Shown here: piece after piece, positions 7,152-15,407 of the stretch
Numbering within the stretch: position 1 is the first letter of the stretch
How the letters are laid out: every line of letters starts with the position of its first letter
Origin: a virus
Lineage: Duplodnaviria; Caudoviricetes
Length of the DNA: 32,988 bases
IMG/VR virus record: IMGVR_UViG_3300016467_000102
Coordinates: 1 to 32,988 of that record
Direction: 5' to 3' (one strand)
Program-made: the position numbers and the translations under genes
Notes under the pieces: generated by a model
The model's database searches: none
The model's input: only the letters and a program-made list of their open reading frames with translations
What the model was told of the DNA's origin: nothing

Positions 7152-9655
7152 TGGCAAATAAAAAAGTAAGTCAATTAACCAGTAAGCCCTCAGTCCTTAC
7201 TACTGATTTGTTCCCGATCGCTGATCCTACAACTGGTCAGCTTTATAAAACTACTATATCTGACCTAGGCACTGCCATAGGTTCGGGTGTTAGTTCAGTT
7301 AATAGCTTGGTGGGTGCAGTGGTTTTAGATACTGACGATATACAAGAGCTAGTAAGTCCGACAAATAAATGGTTTACAGATACTAGAGCGAGAGCAGCGC
7401 TTTCTGCTTCCTCTCCTTTGACTTATAATTCTGGGACTGGCGTCTTTGGTATTCAAGTGGCTAACGGTTCACAGAATGGTTATTTATCTTCTGCGGACTG
7501 GACTACTTTTAACGCTAAACAAGCGGCACTCTCTGGAACTGGTTTCGTTAAAATTTCTGGAACTACAATCAGCTACGATAATAGTACTTATGCTTTAGAT
7601 TCTGTGGTAGTTAAATTAACTGGAAATCAGACAATAGCTGGAACTAAAACTTTTTCAGATGGTACTTACCACGATTATGGTTTACTTCTAAAGCACGGAA
7701 CTTCTACAAATGCTTCTGGATATACTGGTATAGCTGGCACTTCAACTGGTTTAAGTATTGGTGTAGGTACTCCTTATTATTCTAATTTGGTATTTAGTAC
7801 TTCTGCAATTTATACTTACACTTTTCCTAACGCAACTGGAACGCTTGCCTTAACTTCCGATTTAAGTTCTTATTTACCTTTAAGTGGTGGCACTTTAACT
7901 GGAGCGTTAAGCGGAACTTCTGTAAGTTTATCTTCTTCAGTTACCGCTACAAACTTTATTCTTAGCGGCGCAACTGGTAATACTGGCCTTTATTACGGAC
8001 ATACCGATAGAGTAGTTTTAGCTAACTACACCGCTGGAGGTATTGACTTTGAAGTAAACGGTGGCTCTATTGTAGCTACTTTATTCCCTAGCGGTAACTT
8101 TGGCTTAGGTATTTCTTTAGATGCAGGCTACAAACTTGATGTAAACGGAACGGCTAGAATATCTGGAGCTTTAAGCGGTACGAGTGCGAGCTTTACAAGT
8201 TCATTATTATTAAATAGAAGCTCAACAACATCTTCAACACCTATAAGATTTGCAACCACTGGCACTAATGATTGGTTTATAGGACAATCTCCATTAGGTA
8301 CTTCAGATTCTAATTTATATTTTTATTCTTATGGAACTTCGAGTTCTGTATTTACTTTAACTAAGGCATCTGGAGCCGCCACGTTTAGCTCTAGTGTTAC
8401 GGCGACAAAATTAGCTTTAAATACTACGGTTTCTTCTAGTACATTAGAGGTTTTAGGCACAAATAGTCAATGGGCTGGAAGTTTTACTGGAAATTCTTCA
8501 GCTAGTAGTTCTTATGGTGTTGTTGTAGCAGCAGGAACTAATTCAAATGATATTGCTTTTAGAGTTAATAATGCCGCTAACTCTTCAACATATTTTAATG
8601 TTAGAGGAGATGGCAACGTCGGCATTGGGACTACTTCGCCAGTAGGAGATGGAACAGCATTAAATGTATATGGTACTACTTATGCTACTTTAAAATTACA
8701 AAATAGTACAACAGGAACACTATTAACAGATGGCAGTGATTTTGTTGTAAGTGGCTCTGATTTAATAATTAAAAATAGAGAAGCTGGAAATATAGCTTTA
8801 TACTCAAATAATACAGAAAGAATTAGATTAACTTCTGCTGGTAATTTAGGAGTAGGTACTACAACTCCAATTTCTGCTGCAGGTTATACTGGATTTACTG
8901 TATATAATGCAACGACTGGAGGTATAATTCAAACTACTAACGGAACGGTAGATTCAAGAATGCAAATATCAGCTTCAGCTGGGTATTCTGGTACATTTTC
9001 TAGCCACGATTATATTTTGACAACGGCCGCTACCGAACGTATGCGAATTACTTCCTCTGGCAACGTCGGCATAGGGACTAGTTCGCCAAATGCAAAGTTA
9101 GAAGTTTTACACGATGGATATGGAGTTACAACTTCTACATATAGTGGAATTCATATTAGAAATAGTAATAGTACGGTAGGGTCAAGTGTTGCAGCTAGAA
9201 TTTCTTTTAGTGCTGATAATAATACATCAATGGCTGGAATTATTGAGCAAAGAAGAGATGGCGGAGATACTTTTTGGATGAGAACTTTGCCTGGATATTC
9301 TGCTAATGGTGCTATTTATATTCAATCTCAAACAAATGGAGTATATTTAGCAAAAGATGGTATTGCTTGGATTGCAAATTCAGATGAATCTATTAAAACA
9401 GATTTAGTTCCTATTGAAGATGCAATAAATAAAGTATCCTCTTTGCGTTCAATGATTGGTAGATATAAAACTGATACAAAAGAAACAAAACGTTCTTTCC
9501 TAATTGCACAAGATGTACTTGAAGTTTTACCAGAAGCAGTAACTAAAGATTCACAAACTGGAATTTTAGGGATAGCATATACTGATGTCATTCCATTACT
9601 TGTAGCTTCAATCAAAGAATTAAAAGCAGAATTAGACACTTTAAAGAATAAATAA
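7151..9655 (+). CDS. Tail fibre / receptor-binding protein with C-terminal peptidase S74 intramolecular chaperone
   Basis: S/T/G-rich, GNVGIGT-type repeats, C-terminal SD..IK...LIAQDV..V.PEAV...Y..VIPLLV.SIKEL. Confidence 0.9.
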   Translation: MANKKVSQLTSKPSVLTTDLFPIADPTTGQLYKTTISDLGTAIGSGVSSVNSLVGAVVLDTDDIQELVSPTNKWFTDTRARAALSASSPLTYNSGTGVFGIQVANGSQNGYLSSADWTTFNAKQAALSGTGFVKISGTTISYDNSTYALDSVVVKLTGNQTIAGTKTFSDGTYHDYGLLLKHGTSTNASGYTGIAGTSTGLSIGVGTPYYSNLVFSTSAIYTYTFPNATGTLALTSDLSSYLPLSGGTLTGALSGTSVSLSSSVTATNFILSGATGNTGLYYGHTDRVVLANYTAGGIDFEVNGGSIVATLFPSGNFGLGISLDAGYKLDVNGTARISGALSGTSASFTSSLLLNRSSTTSSTPIRFATTGTNDWFIGQSPLGTSDSNLYFYSYGTSSSVFTLTKASGAATFSSSVTATKLALNTTVSSSTLEVLGTNSQWAGSFTGNSSASSSYGVVVAAGTNSNDIAFRVNNAANSSTYFNVRGDGNVGIGTTSPVGDGTALNVYGTTYATLKLQNSTTGTLLTDGSDFVVSGSDLIIKNREAGNIALYSNNTERIRLTSAGNLGVGTTTPISAAGYTGFTVYNATTGGIIQTTNGTVDSRMQISASAGYSGTFSSHDYILTTAATERMRITSSGNVGIGTSSPNAKLEVLHDGYGVTTSTYSGIHIRNSNSTVGSSVAARISFSADNNTSMAGIIEQRRDGGDTFWMRTLPGYSANGAIYIQSQTNGVYLAKDGIAWIANSDESIKTDLVPIEDAINKVSSLRSMIGRYKTDTKETKRSFLIAQDVLEVLPEAVTKDSQTGILGIAYTDVIPLLVASIKELKAELDTLKNK

Positions 9656-9656
9656 T

Positions 9657-10022
9657 ATGGCATTTTTATGGGTAATTTCACAGCTTGACTCAATCCCTTC
9701 TATTGACGGAATGGACAAAGTAATTAGCGTAATTCATTACAGAGCGCAAAAGGAATATAAATCCTTAGCAACCGCTAACTTTGGTTCAGAACCAAGTGTT
9801 TTATTTACGGCGGACACTTACGGAGCTTTAAGCGTTCCAGCTCCACACGAAGCGAGCTTCACTCCTTACGATGAGGTCACAAAGGAAATGGTCGAATCTT
9901 GGCTTGAAGATTCCCTAGACTGCGAAGCAATCGAAGCGAATTTAGATGCACAAATAGAGAACTTTTTGAATCCTCCGATAGTGGCTTATCCGCTACCTTG
10001 GTCTGATCCTCAAAAAGTTTAG
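9657..10022 (+). CDS. Tail-fibre-associated protein
   Basis: 121 aa directly after the fibre gene; W.I..LD...VI..IHYR...F.PY..VT...V..WL...LPW pattern. Confidence 0.6.
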   Translation: MAFLWVISQLDSIPSIDGMDKVISVIHYRAQKEYKSLATANFGSEPSVLFTADTYGALSVPAPHEASFTPYDEVTKEMVESWLEDSLDCEAIEANLDAQIENFLNPPIVAYPLPWSDPQKV

Positions 10023-10067
10023 CAGTTTTGCTATATATTATCAGAATTAATTTAAACAAACCAAACG

Positions 10068-10337
10068 ATGAAATTAGATTTTAATTTTGACCTAGTCGGA
10101 TTAGACGGTCAAGCCATTGAAGGCGCGAATGCAGGTAAATTGTTAGCTAATGCTTTAGCTCAGGGATCAAAAGGCGATGCCTTGAAGTTCTGGGATTGGG
10201 CGGTAAGCTTAAACAAGGGAGAGGTTCTTGATTTAGACTCATCTGATCAGGAAACGATCAAAAATTTTATCAAGGATTCTGAAGGTTTCACGATCCTTGC
10301 AAAAGCTCAATTATTAAAGGTAGTAAAGAAGGATTAA
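10068..10337 (+). CDS. Hypothetical protein
   Basis: 89 aa, preceded by the late-like motif TTGCTATATA (10028-10037). Confidence 0.7.
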   Translation: MKLDFNFDLVGLDGQAIEGANAGKLLANALAQGSKGDALKFWDWAVSLNKGEVLDLDSSDQETIKNFIKDSEGFTILAKAQLLKVVKKD

Positions 10338-10341
10338 TTAA

Positions 10342-10662
10342 ATGAATTTGGAAGACATTCTTGGGCAATCTGTCACGGGGGCGATCGCCGCACTGATCGG
10401 ATGGCTAGTAGGTAGAAGAAAAGAGCAGGCTGAGATCACAACCACAGAGCTCGATCAAACCACTAAGGCCATCGAAATCTGGAGACAGATGGCTCAAGAA
10501 ATGTCTGACAAAGTGAAGGAGCTTAGCGATAAGATCGACATCTTAACTGCTGAGGTTCACTCTTTAAAATCTGAGAACTCAAACCTGAAAACCAAACTAG
10601 GGATAATTGATGAAAGTAACCAAAGCAAGCCAAAAGGGACTCGATCTAATAAAAAGATTTGA
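10342..10662 (+). CDS. Holin-like protein (one N-terminal TM helix plus coiled coil)
   Basis: GAIAALIGWLVG hydrophobic helix followed by RRK; lies immediately before the endolysin. Confidence 0.55.
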   Translation: MNLEDILGQSVTGAIAALIGWLVGRRKEQAEITTTELDQTTKAIEIWRQMAQEMSDKVKELSDKIDILTAEVHSLKSENSNLKTKLGIIDESNQSKPKGTRSNKKI

Positions 10663-11065
10663 GGGGCTTGAATTAAAACCTTACAAATGTCCTGCTGGGA
10701 TTCCGACTATCGGATACGGAAACACTTACTATCCTTCTGGAGCCAAAGTAAAGCTCACAGATCCAGCGATCACCAAAGAAAAAGCAGAGGAACTTCTTAA
10801 ATTTCTGCTTGGATCCTACGAAAAGGCGGTAGATTCTTTCTGCCGTGATGACATTAACCAAAATCAGTTCGACTCTCTTGTGTCTTTTGCCTATAATTGC
10901 GGAGTTAATAACCTAAAATCTTCCACACTTCTAAAAAAAGTCAATGCAAACCCGAATGATCCGACGATCAAAGCGGAGTTTTTAAAGTGGAACAAGGCAA
11001 ACGGACGAGTGCTAGCTGGATTAACAAAACGACGTCAAGCAGAAGCTGACCTTTACTTCTCATAA
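10607..11065 (+). CDS. Endolysin, GH24 phage lysozyme
   Basis: IKRFEG...Y.CPAG.PTIGYG, QFD.LVSFAYN.G, GL..RR..E..LY motifs; start may be ATG 10610. Confidence 0.95.
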   Translation: MMKVTKASQKGLDLIKRFEGLELKPYKCPAGIPTIGYGNTYYPSGAKVKLTDPAITKEKAEELLKFLLGSYEKAVDSFCRDDINQNQFDSLVSFAYNCGVNNLKSSTLLKKVNANPNDPTIKAEFLKWNKANGRVLAGLTKRRQAEADLYFS

Positions 11066-11067
11066 TC

Positions 11068-11517
11068 ATGCGATATTTACTTATTCTTTTGGCGTGTGTT
11101 GCATTATCTTCTTGCAAGCATACAAAGACATTAACTGAGTACAAAGAAACGCTTAGAATCGACACAATCAAAAGCGAGAAAATAGTCGAGAAGTTCAGAG
11201 CGGTTCGCGATACTTTAGTGATCACAAATCCATGCGATTCTTCTGGGATCCTATCATCTTTTTATTCGCGCCTGGTACTACCTAATGGATCAGTGACGAT
11301 TAAGTCCGACAAGGGCCAGATCAGAGCCACGATCGACATCGACTCAATGAAAAACGAGATCGAAAATAATTACAGAAACTCCCAGGTAAAATGGATCGAA
11401 TATCGAGACAAGGAAGTGATCAAGTATCAGGTTCCTACCTGGGTGGTAATGCTACTATTTGCGGAGGCGATTATGTTGGTAGCATGGCTTTACGTTAAAT
11501 TTGGTCTTCGTGTATAA
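11068..11517 (+). CDS. Unimolecular spanin (putative)
   Basis: Lipoprotein signal ending LSSC plus a C-terminal TM helix, directly after the endolysin. Confidence 0.7.
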   Translation: MRYLLILLACVALSSCKHTKTLTEYKETLRIDTIKSEKIVEKFRAVRDTLVITNPCDSSGILSSFYSRLVLPNGSVTIKSDKGQIRATIDIDSMKNEIENNYRNSQVKWIEYRDKEVIKYQVPTWVVMLLFAEAIMLVAWLYVKFGLRV

Positions 11518-11704
11518 AATAGATATAGATCCTATCGAAAATCCTAGGAACCTCACCACTGAAACGCTTGATAAAATGCTTGAAGTCATGGAGGCTATCG
11601 AGCACGTCGATGATGCTGGCTTTGTTCTACGAATGAAGCTTTTAAATAACGTCGAGTTTCTTGTCGATCAATTAATGGAAGAATATGAGCAAAGAAATAA
11701 GTAA
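11501..11704 (+). CDS. Hypothetical protein
   Basis: 67-aa acidic helical ORF overlapping both neighbours; start uncertain. Confidence 0.6.
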   Translation: MVFVYKIDIDPIENPRNLTTETLDKMLEVMEAIEHVDDAGFVLRMKLLNNVEFLVDQLMEEYEQRNK

Positions 11705-12680
11705 GAAGGAAGCGATTGAAAAACACTTCTATTCTACTAATATGACACGCGCAGATTTTGAGCGTGAAAACTGGGAGAATTACGGCTATAAAAGCTTTGA
11801 ATTATTTCATCGCCAAATGAGTAGATGGGATATCTCAGTCAAAAAAAGATCAGAGCACTGGAAGAAGACCAGACCAAGCGCGAAGATTGAATCATTCAAC
11901 CTGGACGAGCTCGATAATTTTGGCATAGAGCCAGGGATTGGCAAGGAGTACACCAGTGCTCGCCTTCCTGAGCACTTAAAAAAGATCGGGATCCTATCAG
12001 ACATTCACGTTCCTTTTCATTCCTTAGAAGCGCTTACTTGCGCGATCAAGTATTTAAAAGAGCAAGAGATCGACTGCTTGTATCTAAACGGAGACACCTT
12101 CGATTTTTACTCAATATCCAGACATGAGAAAGAAAAGGATCTCAGAGACTTCCCGCGCGAGATCGAGATGGCTAGAAACTTTCTTCAAAAGCTACGCGAC
12201 ATCTTTCCGCTGATCCCGATCTATTTCAAAGCAGGAAACCACGAGAACAGATTCCAGCGCTACCTATTTAGCCAGGCAGAAGAGTTCGCTGGATTGCATG
12301 AATTGCAATTCGATAAGTTCTTTAGAATGGATCACTTGAAAATCGAGTGGGTAGAAGACTGGCAAGGGATGTTTATGGGGGATTTACTTGTTATTCATGG
12401 ACACGAGGGTTTTGGTGTGGGAGGAATTAATCCTTCGCAGTCCTTATTTAACAAGATGTTTTGTAATACTTTAATGGGGCATGTTCATAGACAGACTACC
12501 ACAACAAAGAAAAACGGATTCGGAGAGTTAATACAGACGCATTCGACTGGATGTCTTACAACAATATCGCCAAAGTATATGCCATATAATCAGCATACTC
12601 AAGGATTTGCACTGGTAGAAATTAACGAGGGTAAATCAAAAGTTAAATTACTTGCTATAAGAGACGGAAAAATTTATTAA
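11685..12680 (+). CDS. Calcineurin-like metallophosphoesterase
   Basis: SDIH, GDTFD, GNHE, HGH and GHVH motifs. Confidence 0.9.
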   Translation: MSKEISKKEAIEKHFYSTNMTRADFERENWENYGYKSFELFHRQMSRWDISVKKRSEHWKKTRPSAKIESFNLDELDNFGIEPGIGKEYTSARLPEHLKKIGILSDIHVPFHSLEALTCAIKYLKEQEIDCLYLNGDTFDFYSISRHEKEKDLRDFPREIEMARNFLQKLRDIFPLIPIYFKAGNHENRFQRYLFSQAEEFAGLHELQFDKFFRMDHLKIEWVEDWQGMFMGDLLVIHGHEGFGVGGINPSQSLFNKMFCNTLMGHVHRQTTTTKKNGFGELIQTHSTGCLTTISPKYMPYNQHTQGFALVEINEGKSKVKLLAIRDGKIY

Positions 12681-12772
12681 CTTTGTTAAAAGCAACTGCA
12701 ACTGCTAACTAACACATTAACGGCCCATTTTATTTATAAGACGTTGCAGACTTATATTTAATTTGGGCCTTT
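12678..12772 (+). ncRNA. Promoter box plus two-hairpin kissing-loop leader RNA of the HNH gene
   Basis: -7 box TAACTTTG (12678-12685); loop CTGCAAC (12696-12702) is complementary to loop GTTGCAG (12743-12749). Confidence 0.55.
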
Positions 12773-12779
12773 ATATTTT

Positions 12780-13271
12780 ATGGAAATTTGGAAAAAAGTA
12801 AATTGCGAATTTGAAAATTACGAAATAAGTAATTTTTCTGAAGTTAGAAATACTTTAACTGGTAAGATTTTAAAACCTAATATAGATAGGTATGGATATC
12901 TTTATATTGCATTAAGCGCTAAAGGAAAAACAAAAAAGTTTAAAATTCATAGGCTTATGGCTTTAACTTTTATACCGAATCCCTTAAATAAAAAAGAGGT
13001 TAATCATAAAGATGGCAATCCTAAAAATAATTTAATTTATAATCTTGAATGGATTACTCATTTTGAGAATCAAGCTCATAAGGTTTTATCATGGAATAGA
13101 TCAAGTAAATTTTTAGGAGTTAGTTATTATAAGACAACAAAAAAATGGAAGGCTCAAATTCAGGTAAACAAAAAGAAAATAGCGCTTGGATATTACAAAA
13201 CAGAAGAGGAGGCGTATCAGGCTAGAGTAAATTTTGAAAAAGAGAACGGTATTATTAATAAATATATTTAA
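12780..13271 (+). CDS. Free-standing homing endonuclease, NUMOD4-HNH-AP2
   Basis: E.WK...YEISN (NUMOD4), HRL.A..FIPN...VNHKDG...NN...NLEW (HNH), GVSY..KW.AQI...LGYY.TEEEA (AP2); markedly AT-rich. Confidence 0.9.
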   Translation: MEIWKKVNCEFENYEISNFSEVRNTLTGKILKPNIDRYGYLYIALSAKGKTKKFKIHRLMALTFIPNPLNKKEVNHKDGNPKNNLIYNLEWITHFENQAHKVLSWNRSSKFLGVSYYKTTKKWKAQIQVNKKKIALGYYKTEEEAYQARVNFEKENGIINKYI

Positions 13272-13361
13272 ATTTGTAAAGTAAATTAATTGTTTTTCAT
13301 AGTGTTTTATAGGTTTAGATGACAATCAGAAAGCCCTTGGATCTTATCCTTGGGCTTTTTT
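13269..13361 (+). ncRNA. Candidate trans-acting antisense sRNA against early-gene leaders
   Basis: -7 box TAAATTTG (13269-13276), ~80-nt non-coding unit ending in a terminator; contains TTTTTCAT and GGTTTAGATG, complementary to ATGAAAAA and CATCTAAACC. Confidence 0.5.
13330..13361 (+). terminator. Intrinsic terminator
   Basis: AAAGCCC-tt-GGAT-ctt-ATCC-tt-GGGC followed by T6. Confidence 0.85.
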
Positions 13362-13382
13362 GTGCTTAAAAAATAATTTAAA

Positions 13383-13431
13383 AAAAAAAGTTTAAAAAAA
13401 TTTTTTATTATCAAAATAAGGCATACCTTTG
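13383..13431 (+). promoter_or_regulatory. Early host-sigma promoter, copy 3
   Basis: AAAAAAAGTTTAAAAAA element and -7 box TACCTTTG (13424-13431), same layout as the two leftward promoters. Confidence 0.75.
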
Positions 13432-13475
13432 TAATATCGAAAGCAACGAAGCTAAGATAAAAACATCTAAATCAA

Positions 13476-13586
13476 ATGAGAGAGCACCTAAAAGAAGTCA
13501 CTGGATCTGAACTAGCTCAGGCCACAATCATCACGCTGATCGTCATCGGCATCCTATCAGTAATCACAATAATTTCAAACCTTTAA
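13476..13586 (+). CDS. 36-aa membrane micropeptide (not in ORF track)
   Basis: MREHLKEVTGSELAQATIITLIVIGILSVITIISNL*; first ORF after promoter 3, preceded by the ACATCTAA leader. Confidence 0.65.
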   Translation: MREHLKEVTGSELAQATIITLIVIGILSVITIISNL

Positions 13587-13596
13587 TTTTATTATC

Positions 13597-14241
13597 ATGT
13601 CAAACCAAACAAAAATTATCGCAACTTCAGCAGGTGGATCTTCTTACGAGCCTATCCCAGCTGGCACCTATGTAGCTAGATGCTACTCAATGATCCACAT
13701 GGGAACCGTTAGAGAATCCTACATGGGAGAAGAAAAAAATGTCAATAAAGTTCGCCTTACTTTTGAGCTACCAACAGAGCTAAAAGTTTTCAAAGAAGAG
13801 AACGGAGAACAACCTCAAGTGATCTCAAAAGAATTCACCTTGTCGCTAGGTGATAAATCAAACCTTCGCGCTTTCTTGAATTCCTGGAGAGGCAAGGCAC
13901 TAACAGAGGAAGAGTGCAAGTCATTTGATATCGCGGTCCTAGCTGGTAAAGCTTGCACCTTATCGATCATCCACAAGACTTCAAAGGTAAGCGGTAAGAC
14001 TTACGCTGAGATCGCTTCGATCGGTGGCGTCATGAAGAATATGGAAGTTCCTGCCTTGATCAATCCTCAAATGGTCTTCTCGGTGAATAACTTTGACCAG
14101 GTAGCTTTTGATTCATTCCCAGATTTTATCAAGGAAAAAATCGCATCGTCTCAGGAATATCAGGCACTGCAAAAGAGCGCACCAGCTCCAGCACCAGAGC
14201 AAGAAGTTCAAATCGTAGAGGAGGATGATTTGCCATGGTAG
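13597..14241 (+). CDS. Phage single-stranded DNA-binding protein-like
   Basis: YEPIPAGTYVARC N-terminus, OB-fold-like core, acidic tail EEDDLPW. Confidence 0.7.
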   Translation: MSNQTKIIATSAGGSSYEPIPAGTYVARCYSMIHMGTVRESYMGEEKNVNKVRLTFELPTELKVFKEENGEQPQVISKEFTLSLGDKSNLRAFLNSWRGKALTEEECKSFDIAVLAGKACTLSIIHKTSKVSGKTYAEIASIGGVMKNMEVPALINPQMVFSVNNFDQVAFDSFPDFIKEKIASSQEYQALQKSAPAPAPEQEVQIVEEDDLPW

Positions 14242-14432
14242 CAGAGACTTATCCTCAGGTCCTGAAGGTGGATCTAAAATCTCCTTCTGGGAATTACTAC
14301 ACCGTGATCGAGCGGTTCGCATCTAGCGAAGAATATGTAAAATATGTGGACTGGCAATTATGGTCAGGATATAAAGTGATCGGAACCCGTCCATACATGA
14401 ATTTAAAAGAGAATCAAGATGACCAGAATTAA
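14235..14432 (+). CDS. Hypothetical protein
   Basis: 65 aa, overlaps both neighbours in a compact operon. Confidence 0.6.
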   Translation: MVAETYPQVLKVDLKSPSGNYYTVIERFASSEEYVKYVDWQLWSGYKVIGTRPYMNLKENQDDQN

Positions 14433-14607
14433 AAAAATGAATGTTTATCAGCAATGTGCTGAGCGCCTAAATGCTAAGGGGATCAAGCCCTTTAGCGCTA
14501 GGGAATGGACCACTGCAATAGTTCAGCAGACCGTCTATGGAAAGGTTAAATACCCAGAGGTTTTAGAAGAAATTAAACTAATCTACAATGAGCACGAAAA
14601 AGCTTAA
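14419..14607 (+). CDS. Small HTH-like DNA-binding protein (putative)
   Basis: AERLNAKGIKP...W...V resembles the HTH-like segment of recombinase DNA-binding domains. Confidence 0.5.
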   Translation: MTRIKKMNVYQQCAERLNAKGIKPFSAREWTTAIVQQTVYGKVKYPEVLEEIKLIYNEHEKA

Positions 14608-14773
14608 CTTTAACGACTGGATGGATCACATAGCTAATCAGCTCCAGGCAGACTATCGGAAACTTTATTATTCATCTAAATATCAAAACGATGCTAACAT
14701 TCGAAGAGTACCACAAGCGCAACCCAAGGATCTACGAAGAGTTCAAACGCTTCGCCTTTTTGCTGATCAATAG
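14588..14773 (+). CDS. Hypothetical protein
   Basis: 61 aa; long overlap with the next ORF, so only the N-terminal half looks constrained. Confidence 0.4.
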   Translation: MSTKKLNFNDWMDHIANQLQADYRKLYYSSKYQNDANIRRVPQAQPKDLRRVQTLRLFADQ

Positions 14774-14957
14774 AGGCCACAAAAAGATCGGAGCTAAGCA
14801 AGTCTTCGAGCGGATCAGATGGGAGTCAATGATCGAAAGGACTGATCGATACAAATGCAATAATTCATATACGACGGATTATGCCTACAAATTCGAATCA
14901 GACTTCCCTTACCTTGAAGGAATCTTCTACCACAGAGCTAGGAGAATAAAAAATTAA
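14691..14957 (+). CDS. Conserved phage hypothetical protein
   Basis: F..YH..NP.IY..F..FA...GAK...ERIRWE...NN.Y...YA pattern; CATCTAAA in its leader. Confidence 0.75.
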   Translation: MLTFEEYHKRNPRIYEEFKRFAFLLINRGHKKIGAKQVFERIRWESMIERTDRYKCNNSYTTDYAYKFESDFPYLEGIFYHRARRIKN

Positions 14958-14958
14958 G

Positions 14959-14996
14959 TATATTTGCAAACAAGGACCAGTCATCTAGGCTGGTCC
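14959..14996 (+). promoter_or_regulatory. Host-sigma -7 box and 5' leader hairpin
   Basis: TATATTTG (14959-14966), then GGACCAGTC-ATCTA-GGCTGGTCC hairpin (14974-14996). Confidence 0.55.
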
Positions 14997-15012
14997 ACAT
15001 CTAACCAAGACA

Positions 15013-15204
15013 ATGACAAGAAAGCAATTTGCAAAGCATCTAGTGAAGCGTTTCCAGGATGCACATCCACAGATCAAGAAAAATAAAGAGGAAGCCATCG
15101 CCTCCGCTATCCTAGGCGCTGAGATCGTCATGGAAGCGATCCACGCTGGAGACTTGGATCTCAGCTACTGGGCTGAATTGAGAGAAGATATAATCGATAT
15201 GTAG
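15013..15204 (+). CDS. Small helical protein (paralog family)
   Basis: K.FAK.LV..F...A.....E....YW.E.RE.I pattern shared with 15207, 19845 and 20263. Confidence 0.7.
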   Translation: MTRKQFAKHLVKRFQDAHPQIKKNKEEAIASAILGAEIVMEAIHAGDLDLSYWAELREDIIDM

Positions 15205-15206
15205 CT

Positions 15207-15407
15207 ATGAGCCCGAAAGAAAAAGCCCAGGATATTATTGACTATATCGCAGGAACTCACCTAAGGCAATACGGTAAGATCCACATGAAAAGCGTCCTAG
15301 AGGAGGCTTCAGTCAATGTACGATTGATTATTAAAAATCGGATCATCGACGGACTGGATACGACGTACTGGAGAGATGTAAGAAAAGATATACTAGCAAG
15401 ACAATGA
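15207..15407 (+). CDS. Small helical protein (paralog family)
   Basis: MSPKEKAQDII...YWRDVRKDI. Confidence 0.7.
   Translation: MSPKEKAQDIIDYIAGTHLRQYGKIHMKSVLEEASVNVRLIIKNRIIDGLDTTYWRDVRKDILARQ

Noticed and set aside
7151-9655. Diversity-generating retroelement or invertible shufflon acting on the tail fibre
   Set aside because: No reverse transcriptase or invertase gene; the repeats are short, direct and do not differ specifically at adenines.
12780-13271. HNH genes as parts of group I introns or inteins
   Set aside because: Both lie between complete genes; no split host gene is evident.
13283-13300. Minus-strand gene starting at ATG 13300
   Set aside because: It reads MKNN then stop. 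It is treated as the antisense face of a candidate sRNA, though a gene relic cannot be excluded.
14419-14607. Serine integrase remnant implying lysogeny
   Set aside because: Only a 62-aa HTH-like segment; no catalytic domain or att-like site seen.
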